Assembly: GCA_965237625.1 (NCBI GenBank)
Contig: CBDEGD010000006.1
Coordinates: 52,341 to 116,340 of the forward strand
DNA from: Inquilinaceae bacterium
GTDB taxonomy: Bacteria > Pseudomonadota > Alphaproteobacteria > DSM-16000 > Inquilinaceae
DNA length: 64,000 nt
Direction: 5' to 3'
Shown: positions 49,203 through 56,456 of the stretch, in pieces
Position numbering within the stretch: position 1 is the first letter of the stretch
How the letters are laid out: each line of letters begins with the position of its first letter
The notes under the pieces: model-generated
Seen by the model: only the letters and a program-made list of their open reading frames with translations
The model's database searches: none
Told to the model about the DNA's origin: nothing
Made by a program: the position numbers and the translations under genes

Positions 49203-51482
49203 ATGAACCAGATTCAAGCGCCCCGGCCTGGCGGTGGAGGCGGGCGGCCGAAACGCACCGTCTTTCCGCGAGGGTACCAGCTGGGCGCCTTCACCATTGA
49301 CGGCGTGTTCGGGCGCGGCGCCTTTGGGGTCACCTATCTGGCCCATGATGCGGAGGGCGTCGCCGTCGCGCTCAAATCTCTCGATGCCGGGATTTCGGCC
49401 GAGATTGCGACGGCATTCCGGCGCGAGGCGGAAATCCTCGGCGTGCTGCGCCATCCGAACATCGTCGGATTGATCCATGCCGCGCCCGACGGCGATTCGC
49501 CTTATTTCGTCCTGGAACAGCTCGGCGGGCGGTCGCTTGCCGATGTGCTCGCCGCCGGGAATGGCGTTCCGGATCTCAAGCCGCTGCTATTCGGCCTGCT
49601 TGACGCCCTCGATCACGTTCACGGCGCCGGCTTCCTGCATCGCGACATCAAGCCCGACAATATCGTTCTGACCCAGGCCGGCAAGGCAGTCCTTGTCGAT
49701 TTCGGCGCCGCCGGGACGATCGATACTCCGGCGCGAACAGGCAAGACCCAGGCGACGCCGGGTTTCGGGGCGCTGGAGCAATTCATCGAAGACGGAACCG
49801 AAGGGCCCTGGACCGATCTCTACGGGCTGGCGGCCACCGCCTACCGGATGGTGACCGGTACGGCGCCCCCACCGGCGTTGGAGCGGGCAGAGGGTGCCGA
49901 GGTGAGCCCGGCGGCGGCGACGGGGAGCGCCCATCCAAAGGCGGTTCTCGAGGCCATAGACTGGGCGCTCGAACTGCCGGTCCATCGCCGCCCGCAATCG
50001 GTCGTTGAGTGGCGCTCGGCTCTCAACGATGCCTGGTCATCGGCCGGGGCGAAGACTTCCAGGTCGAAATCTTCCGGGTCGAAATCCGCCGAAACACCGT
50101 CACCTGCGACCGCATCTGCCGCGCCGCCCGACGACTACCCGCCGACTGAGGAGATCACCCGGGTCACCCCGCCGGCGCGGCGGGCGAAGCGACGCGTCCC
50201 CATGGATATCCCGGTGGCGCCGGGACCGTCCGCGTACCAGACCGCCGCATCGGAGCGCAGCGGCGGCTCCCGCTGGATCTGGGCGGCGGTCGGCGTGGCG
50301 CTCTTGGTCGCTCTTGGTGCCGGCGGGTACTTCGTCGGATGGCCCTACTATTTGCGGAACATCAAATCCGAGTGGCTGGTCGATCTGGCCGGCGGGGGCG
50401 ATGTGCGCACCATCTCCGAGGCGTTGGAGACCGCCAAGGAGGGAGCGCTGATCGAAGTGCGCCCGGGCACTTATGCGGAATCTCTGACGATTGTTCGGCC
50501 GGTGACCTTGACCGGGATGGACGTCGGGCCCGATGGCCCGACAGTGATCGTCGCGTCCGAGACTGGCGCCTGCCTGACCGCCGGCGGCACATCGGTCGCT
50601 GTCAGCGGTCTATTCTTCCAAGGTGCGGCGCTGTCGGAGGGCGCCAAGACGGCTTGTGTCGATCTGCAGGGTGCCGTGGCATTCCAGGGCAATCAGGTCG
50701 AAGCCGCCGGTCGCCCGGCGATGCATGTCGGCGGCGGCGCCGACCCGGTCGTGACCGGAAACCGATTGTCGGCGACCGCAGCGGCCGGATTGCTGATCGA
50801 TACCGGCGGCAGAGGCACGTTTCGGGACAATGCGGTCGGCAGCGCCGATGGGCCGGGCATCGTCATCGCCGGCGCCTCGCCGTCGATCGAGGCCAATTCG
50901 GTCGAAGGCGCCGGGCTTGCCGGTATTGTCTATGACGGCGCTGCGGCGGGCCGGCTGGCCGACAATGTCATCCGGCAATCCGGCGCGTCGGGCATTGAAA
51001 TTCGCGGCCAATCGAACCCGGAAATCACCGGCAACATCATAGAGGCGTCAGGTCAGGCGGGTATCTTCGTGTTTGAAGACGGCCGTGGCCGGATCGAGGG
51101 CAACACGATCACCGGCAGCGCCTTCTCAGGTGTCGTGATCGGTACCGGCGGCAAGCCAACCCTGACCACCAACACCATCACCGAGAATGCCGAGCATGGC
51201 GTACTTGTGCTGTCCGGCGCCGGTGGCGTGCTTCGGGCAAACACCATCGAACGTAATGGCAGCTTCGGCATCGCCATGGAGAAGGATGTCTCGGTGTCGA
51301 TGGATGAAAATATACTCTCCGGCAACCTCGATCCGCAGATCAGGGTTGACGGCATTGCCCGGCCATTTCCGCCGGATCCGGATGAAGAGGCCGGGGCCGA
51401 AATGGAGGCCGCGTCTGAAGCGGATGCAAGGACCGAAATGGAGACCGGGGCCGGTGCGGCCGCGGGTGGCGTATCCGAATGA
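49203..51482 (+). CDS. Hanks-type Ser/Thr protein kinase, one TM, extracytoplasmic right-handed parallel beta-helix (PbH1/NosD-like) repeats
   Basis: Kinase motifs are GRGAFGVTY, VALK, HRDIKPDNIVL, DFGAA and PGFGALEQ. The TM is WIWAAVGVALLVALGAGGYFVGW. At least 10 repeats of about 23 aa follow, of the form GNxIxxxxxxGIxI (for example ITGNIIEASGQAGIFV, IEGNTITGSAFSGVVI). Confidence 0.85.
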   Translation: MNQIQAPRPGGGGGRPKRTVFPRGYQLGAFTIDGVFGRGAFGVTYLAHDAEGVAVALKSLDAGISAEIATAFRREAEILGVLRHPNIVGLIHAAPDGDSPYFVLEQLGGRSLADVLAAGNGVPDLKPLLFGLLDALDHVHGAGFLHRDIKPDNIVLTQAGKAVLVDFGAAGTIDTPARTGKTQATPGFGALEQFIEDGTEGPWTDLYGLAATAYRMVTGTAPPPALERAEGAEVSPAAATGSAHPKAVLEAIDWALELPVHRRPQSVVEWRSALNDAWSSAGAKTSRSKSSGSKSAETPSPATASAAPPDDYPPTEEITRVTPPARRAKRRVPMDIPVAPGPSAYQTAASERSGGSRWIWAAVGVALLVALGAGGYFVGWPYYLRNIKSEWLVDLAGGGDVRTISEALETAKEGALIEVRPGTYAESLTIVRPVTLTGMDVGPDGPTVIVASETGACLTAGGTSVAVSGLFFQGAALSEGAKTACVDLQGAVAFQGNQVEAAGRPAMHVGGGADPVVTGNRLSATAAAGLLIDTGGRGTFRDNAVGSADGPGIVIAGASPSIEANSVEGAGLAGIVYDGAAAGRLADNVIRQSGASGIEIRGQSNPEITGNIIEASGQAGIFVFEDGRGRIEGNTITGSAFSGVVIGTGGKPTLTTNTITENAEHGVLVLSGAGGVLRANTIERNGSFGIAMEKDVSVSMDENILSGNLDPQIRVDGIARPFPPDPDEEAGAEMEAASEADARTEMETGAGAAAGGVSE

Positions 51483-51513
51483 CTGGGTTAGCAACTTATC
51501 GATTGGCCGCGAG

Positions 51514-51915
51514 ATGATGCGCAGGAGCTTTGTGATCGGCCGGAGCCCTTATGCGGATGTGGTCCTGGCGGATACCAGCGTGGCGCGCCGCCATGCCGAA
51601 GTGGTGACGACCGGCGACGGCCGGTTTCATCTGACCGATTGCGCCGCCCCGACCGGCACTTGGCGTCGCGCGAATGGTGGCGAGGACGGCAAGTGGGAGC
51701 AGATCCGACAGGCCTTCGTTGCGGTCGACGAGCCGCTTCGGCTCGGCGACCATGCCTGCACCATACAATCGCTACTCGGCGACCGGCTCGATACCGAAGA
51801 GGGCGCCGGCAAGGGTCGCTGGCGTCATGAAGGCATGCCGGAGGCGGCCGACCCGCCGCGCGGCCGGGTCGAGCGTGATCCGGAGACCGGTGAGATCGTG
51901 TCGAAGAGGCTCTAG
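51514..51915 (+). CDS. FHA-domain protein, divergent pThr pocket
   Basis: This is the 3' part of ORF 51187..51915, with the start at MMRRSFVIGRSP (ATG at 51514). GR and SxxH are present (VARRHAEV). The usual S-x-N-G-T is replaced by A-P-T-G-T (DCAAPTGTW). Confidence 0.7.
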   Translation: MMRRSFVIGRSPYADVVLADTSVARRHAEVVTTGDGRFHLTDCAAPTGTWRRANGGEDGKWEQIRQAFVAVDEPLRLGDHACTIQSLLGDRLDTEEGAGKGRWRHEGMPEAADPPRGRVERDPETGEIVSKRL

Positions 51916-51921
51916 ACGGAC

Positions 51922-52737
51922 ATGGCCGATACAACAGCGAAGCCGGGCATTCTCGGCGCGGACGAAAAGCCCGCCCGGCGGCGCCTGATTTCCCACCCGG
52001 TGGTGATCCTGGTCAGCCTGGTGCTGTCGGTGGTGACCATCGTGGTGCTGCACTTCGCGCTGCCTCATGACGTGGCGGTGATCCTGCTGGACAGCGAGCG
52101 GGAGACCTATCCGCTGACCGTGCAGAATGTCATGTGGATCGTCTTCGGGGTCGGTCTGGGCGAGCTGTATGTCCGGGGCCGGGCGGCGCGGGCGGAACAG
52201 GCGCAGCTGCGCCAGGGCTATCTGCCGGTGGACGAGACGACGATCCTGCAGGCGCCGGAGCTGCGCGGAATCTATGCCCAGGCGCGCGCCAGCTTCGAGG
52301 CTGGCGGCCGGGAAGGCGGCTTCCTGCCGCGGCTGATCCAGCGGGTGATCCTGCAATTCCGCACCAGCCGCTCGATCGAGCAGGCCAACGCCCTGCTGAA
52401 CTCCAGCCTGGAGCTCTATCTGCACGAGATCGACCTGCGCTACAGCATGGTGCGCTATGTGGTCTGGGCGATCCCGACCCTTGGCTTCATCGGCACGGTG
52501 ATCGGCATCTCCCTGGCGCTGGCCTTCGCCGGACAGGTCGATGTGCAGGACCCGACCTTGCTGGCGGAGCTGACCAAGCGGCTCGCGGTTGCCTTCAATA
52601 CCACCCTGCTGGCCCTGGTGATGGCGGCGATCCTGGTGCTGATCCAGCACATCGTCCAGGCCAAGGAGGAAGGCGCGCTGAACGAGGTCGGCCAATACTG
52701 CCTCGATAACCTGATCAACCGGCTCTACGAGGAATAG
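51922..52737 (+). CDS. MotA/TolQ/ExbB-family proton-channel-like protein (3 TM)
   Basis: 271 aa. TM1 is HPVVILVSLVLSVVTIVVLHFAL. The family signature in TM2/TM3 is WAIPTLGFIGTVIGISLALAF ... LAVAFNTTLLALVMAAILVLI (compare PxLGLLGTVxGM ... AxxTTxxGLxxAIP). It starts 6 nt after the FHA gene. Confidence 0.7.
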   Translation: MADTTAKPGILGADEKPARRRLISHPVVILVSLVLSVVTIVVLHFALPHDVAVILLDSERETYPLTVQNVMWIVFGVGLGELYVRGRAARAEQAQLRQGYLPVDETTILQAPELRGIYAQARASFEAGGREGGFLPRLIQRVILQFRTSRSIEQANALLNSSLELYLHEIDLRYSMVRYVVWAIPTLGFIGTVIGISLALAFAGQVDVQDPTLLAELTKRLAVAFNTTLLALVMAAILVLIQHIVQAKEEGALNEVGQYCLDNLINRLYEE

Positions 52738-52750
52738 GGGGCGCTCCTAG

Positions 52751-53731
52751 ATGCTCGTCCGGCGCAGCCGCACCCTGGATCTGCTCAGCATCTCGGCGCT
52801 CGACCTGTTCGCCTCGGCGCTCGGCGTGTTCGTGCTGATGGCGGTGTTGCTGTTCCCGTTCTACCTGAAACAGCCCTCGATCGAGGCCGAGTTGCAGGGC
52901 GCGGAGGCGCAGATGGCCGCCGCCGGCATGGCCCTGACCGAGGCGCGTCGGGTCGCCAGCGAGGAGGCCGAGGCGCTCGGGGCGACCGACTCCTTGCACG
53001 CGCGTGCCATCGACGAGGTGCAGCAGGCCGAGGCCTCCAAGGCGGAGGCCGAACAGGCGCTGGCCGAGGCGGCGGCGCGATCCCAGGAAGTCGGTGATCT
53101 GACCGCCTCGCTCAACGAGGAGCTGGCCAACATCGCGATCGCCGATCTGGATCTGGTCTTCGTCATGGACACCACCGGCAGCATGCGCCAGGAGATCGCC
53201 GACGTGCAGGCCAACCTGATGGGCATCGTGCGCGTCCTTCATCGGCTGGCCCCGTCGCTGAATGTCGGATTTGTCGCCTTCCGGGATCGCGGCGAGGAAT
53301 ATGTGACGCGGGCCTTTCCGCTGAGCCCGATGGCCGGCAACAATCTCGCGCGGATTCAGGAATTTGTCCGCAGCCTCAATGCAAAGGGCGGCGACGACTA
53401 TCCTGAATCCGTCGGTGTCGCGTTGGACGAGGCGATGGCGATGGCATGGCGGGCCGATGCGCAGGGACGCATCATCGTCATCGGCGACGCGCCCGACCGG
53501 GCGGGCGAGGTCCCGCGCATATTTTCAATGGCCCAGCAGTTCCAGGCGAGCGCCACGTCCGAGGGCCTGCCGCGCGCGGTCTCGACAATTTTCACTCAGA
53601 GCCGGTACCCGGCGGGGCGCCTGTTCTATGAGGATTTGGCCGAGGCCGGCGGCGGCGATTTTGTCGACCATCAGGGCCGGATGATGGAAAGCGTGCTGCT
53701 GTCCGTGCTGGACCCGGCAGCGTCCCGTTAG
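52751..53731 (+). CDS. ExbD/TolR-like N-terminal TM anchor + coiled coil + vWA domain protein (paralog 1)
   Basis: The N-terminus RRSRTLDLLSISALDLFASALGVFVLMAVLLF has an Asp at the cytoplasmic end of the TM, as in ExbD/TolR. An Ala/Glu-rich coiled coil of about 90 aa follows. The vWA domain has the MIDAS-type VFVMDTTGSM, GGDDYPES and VIGDAPD. Confidence 0.75.
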   Translation: MLVRRSRTLDLLSISALDLFASALGVFVLMAVLLFPFYLKQPSIEAELQGAEAQMAAAGMALTEARRVASEEAEALGATDSLHARAIDEVQQAEASKAEAEQALAEAAARSQEVGDLTASLNEELANIAIADLDLVFVMDTTGSMRQEIADVQANLMGIVRVLHRLAPSLNVGFVAFRDRGEEYVTRAFPLSPMAGNNLARIQEFVRSLNAKGGDDYPESVGVALDEAMAMAWRADAQGRIIVIGDAPDRAGEVPRIFSMAQQFQASATSEGLPRAVSTIFTQSRYPAGRLFYEDLAEAGGGDFVDHQGRMMESVLLSVLDPAASR

Positions 53732-53749
53732 GCCGGGCAAGGGAGAGGA

Positions 53750-54118
53750 ATGATGGGTTCGGATCAGGATTTGGAGGGCGGCTGGCGCCTGGAAGGCGCC
53801 GATGGGGCCGGGCGTCCGGTGCGGCTGCTGATCGGCCGGACGCAGCTCGCCATGGTCTATCTTGGCGTGACCATCGGCCGGCATCCGGCGCTGTGCGACC
53901 TGGCGGTGGACGATCCTTCCATATCCCGGCGCCATGTCCGGATCGGGCGCGGCGCCGGCGGATTGTTCGTCGAGGATGTGCATTCCCTGAACGGCACCTT
54001 CGTCGAGGACCGGCTTTTGGAGCCGTTCGAGCCATGCCCGCTTCAGGAAGGCGACACGCTGACCCTCGGCCGGGTCACGCTGACCGTCTCGCGGCTCGGC
54101 GACGAGTTGCCGATCTGA
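53750..54118 (+). CDS. FHA-domain protein, canonical
   Basis: 122 aa. TIGRHP...DDPSISRRHVRI...VEDVHSLNGTFVEDR...GDTLTLG carries all five conserved FHA positions (G-R, S-xx-H, S, N). Confidence 0.8.
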   Translation: MMGSDQDLEGGWRLEGADGAGRPVRLLIGRTQLAMVYLGVTIGRHPALCDLAVDDPSISRRHVRIGRGAGGLFVEDVHSLNGTFVEDRLLEPFEPCPLQEGDTLTLGRVTLTVSRLGDELPI

Positions 54119-54190
54119 CGGGTTTGGGGGCAGGCGGCAAATGAATTCATGTTCGGCATCGAAGAGGAGATCAGCGGTCCCATTCCAATC

Positions 54191-54259
54191 GTCATTCCCG
54201 CGATGGCGGGAATCCAGCATGCGGGGAGTCCGACTGGAATCCCGCCTTCGCGGGAATGA
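54191..54259. repeat. REP pair of the 'cattcccgcgaaggcgggaatc' family in inverted orientation
   Basis: The units are gtcattcccgcgatggcgggaatcc (54191-54215) and ggaatcccgccttcgcgggaatgac (54235-54259). Each is a hairpin, and together they form a larger inverted repeat. Confidence 0.8.
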
Positions 54260-54340
54260 CGACAGGAGATTAGAAAAACCCCATAATTTATTGATTTTAG
54301 GTGATTTTCATAAGGCCGACGCCAATGATCGGCCACCAGC

Positions 54341-55315
54341 ATGAAACGCCGCAGCCGCGAGGTCTCGATCTTCAGCATGTCGGCGCTCGATGTGCTGGCC
54401 ATGGCGACCGGCACCTTCGTGCTGCTGATGGTGATCCTGATGCCGTATTACCGGATGACCGTGGACGCCAACGCGGCAATGAACGACATGCTGGCCTCGA
54501 CCGAGGCCCAGACGGCGGAAGCCGAGGCGCTGGCGGCCGCGGCGGCGGCGGCCCGGGCGGCCAGGGAAGAAAAGATCGCCGAGGCCGAGGAGATCCTGCG
54601 CGCGGCGGCGGAGCTGCGCGCCGCGGCGGTCAGCCTGCGCCAGGAAGCCGACGCCGCCGATGGGCGTTCCGGCAGCGACGAGCGGCGCATCGCGGAGCTG
54701 CGCGCCCGGATCGAACAGCGGATCATCAACGAGCTCGATCTGGTTTTCGTGATCGATACCACCGCCAGTATGAACGAAGTGCTGCGCGAACTGGCCGGAT
54801 CGATGGCCGGCATCGTGCGTATTCTGGAACGGCTGGTGCCGTCGCTCCGGGTCGGCGTGGTGACCTATCGGGACCGCGAATTACCGGGCCGGGTCGTGCA
54901 ATCGTTTCCGCTGACCCCGACCGACACGTCACTGGACCAGATCCAGCGTTTCGTCGGTGGGCTGCGTGTTTCAAGGGTCGGTGGCAGCACGGTGCATGAG
55001 GATCTGGACCAGGGACTGGCTGAGGCGCTCGACATGCGTTTCCGGCCGGACGCCAAGCAGACCATCATCGTGATCGGCGACGCCGCGGCGCACCGGCCCG
55101 AGCAAGGATATACCCTGCGGATCGCCAACCGCTTCACCGATAGTGGCGTCAGGCGTTCAATCTCGACCCTGTTCGTGCCGACCCGGTCCTACAGGCTGGG
55201 CGGGCGGGGCGACCGGGAATTCTTTCAGGATCTGGCTCGGGCCGGCGGCGGCACCTTCAACGAACACAGCGGCCAGCTCATCGAAGGCGTGCTGCTGTCG
55301 GTACTGGAAGACTGA
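54341..55315 (+). CDS. ExbD/TolR-like N-terminal TM anchor + coiled coil + vWA domain protein (paralog 2)
   Basis: The N-terminus is RRSREVSIFSMSALDVLAMATGTFVLLMVILM. A coiled coil follows. The vWA domain has VFVIDTTASM, VGGSTVHED and VIGDAAAH. The C-terminal ...GGGTFNEHSGQLIEGVLLSVLED parallels paralog 1 (...GGGDFVDHQGRMMESVLLSVLD). Confidence 0.75.
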   Translation: MKRRSREVSIFSMSALDVLAMATGTFVLLMVILMPYYRMTVDANAAMNDMLASTEAQTAEAEALAAAAAAARAAREEKIAEAEEILRAAAELRAAAVSLRQEADAADGRSGSDERRIAELRARIEQRIINELDLVFVIDTTASMNEVLRELAGSMAGIVRILERLVPSLRVGVVTYRDRELPGRVVQSFPLTPTDTSLDQIQRFVGGLRVSRVGGSTVHEDLDQGLAEALDMRFRPDAKQTIIVIGDAAAHRPEQGYTLRIANRFTDSGVRRSISTLFVPTRSYRLGGRGDREFFQDLARAGGGTFNEHSGQLIEGVLLSVLED

Positions 55316-55366
55316 GGCGTTCGTAACAATGCGGCCCTGGCCCGCTCTCGGGCTGACGGAATTTGC

Positions 55367-56206
55367 CTACGACGCGGCCATCAAGGCGCGATAGAGCGCA
55401 GCCGCCTCGGCGGTTGGCAGTTCCATGATCGCCAGATGCAGGTACAGCGCCGTCCAGCAGACCCGCAGCTTCGCGTCCTCGTCCCGGACTGCCGCAAGAT
55501 CGGCATAGGCATCGAAGTCGAGCTGACGATCCCCGGCCAGGGCAAATGCCCGATTGACGACCTGGTCCAGCAAAGTCGACGTCGTGATGTCGTCGAGGGA
55601 GCGCTTGGGCTTCCCGATGACGCCCTCGGTCAGGATTCGCAAGACGACGTCGTTGGCGGTCTGCTGGGCTTCGGCTGAGAAAATCGGAGCCTGCGACCCG
55701 TCGGTGTTGCCCATCATGTAGGACAGGCAGGTCGACCCGCCCTGATCGGACGCCGTCTGCATATTGGCCGCGAAGACATTGACAAATGCGACCACCGCGT
55801 CGTCCGAGGCGGTGCCGATCAGGCGCGGCAGCAGGGTGGTGCCGATATCGAACCCGATCGAGCGGACTTCCCGTTGGACGGCCCCATTGCCCCGGTTGGC
55901 GGCGTGTTCAAGCCGATTGCGGATCGCCGGCTCCTGCTCCGGAAAGGCCTCCAGAATGGTTGGCAGCAACGGATCCCCGGCGATGATGTCGTCGACGTCG
56001 GGCGCGGTCAGGCGCATCACCCCGATCTGCAGGCCGACGCCAACGCCGATGGCGACCACCACCATCGCCGCCACGATCGGCCATTTCCGTTTCAGCCCCT
56101 CCATCGGGTTTTCACGTCCGATCACCCGGATCACGATGAACACCGTGACCACCACGATGATGGGCAGGATGAAATCCAGCATGTATGGCTTGATGGCGTC
56201 CAGCAT
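55367..56206 (-). CDS. Hypothetical membrane protein (2 N-terminal TM plus a soluble domain)
   Basis: ORF 55367..56275, trimmed to MLDAIKPYMLDFILPIIVVVTVFIVI. No family is recognised. Confidence 0.45.
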   Translation of the reverse strand: MLDAIKPYMLDFILPIIVVVTVFIVIRVIGRENPMEGLKRKWPIVAAMVVVAIGVGVGLQIGVMRLTAPDVDDIIAGDPLLPTILEAFPEQEPAIRNRLEHAANRGNGAVQREVRSIGFDIGTTLLPRLIGTASDDAVVAFVNVFAANMQTASDQGGSTCLSYMMGNTDGSQAPIFSAEAQQTANDVVLRILTEGVIGKPKRSLDDITTSTLLDQVVNRAFALAGDRQLDFDAYADLAAVRDEDAKLRVCWTALYLHLAIMELPTAEAAALYRALMAAS

Positions 56207-56444
56207 GATCGCAACGTCCCGTAAGCGGCGAGTGGTCGAAGATGCGCACACCGTATGGGCGCGACTCCTTCGCAATCATTAAGCGCCGTCGTCGTGGGGC
56301 GGTCGTTCGCCGAACGGGCATGGCGCCGAAAAATTAGCGCTGGACGCCGTTCCCCTCCGCCTGAAATGATGGATACAAGGCCGACCCTGTCCGGCTGCCC
56401 GGCTCTGATGGTCGGCGGAGTGCAGGCTAAAGGCCAGCATCGAC

Positions 56445-56451
56445 AAGGAGG
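56445..56451 (+). promoter_or_regulatory. Shine-Dalgarno sequence for the ABC substrate-binding gene
   Basis: AAGGAGG lies 5 nt upstream of the GTG start at 56457. Confidence 0.6.
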
Positions 56452-56456
56452 TTATT

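Noticed and set aside
49203-54118. The kinase/FHA pair as the T6SS threonine-phosphorylation pathway (PpkA/Fha1)
   Set aside because: No T6SS structural genes (TssA-M, Hcp, VgrG) and no PppA phosphatase occur in the window. The kinase ectodomain is also a beta-helix rather than a vWA domain.
51922-55315. The MotA-like gene as part of a Zorya-type anti-phage system
   Set aside because: Zorya needs a ZorB with a peptidoglycan-binding domain plus ZorC/ZorD (or ZorE) effectors. None is present. The partners here are vWA proteins, FHA proteins and a kinase, so I do not call it Zorya. A defence role is not excluded.
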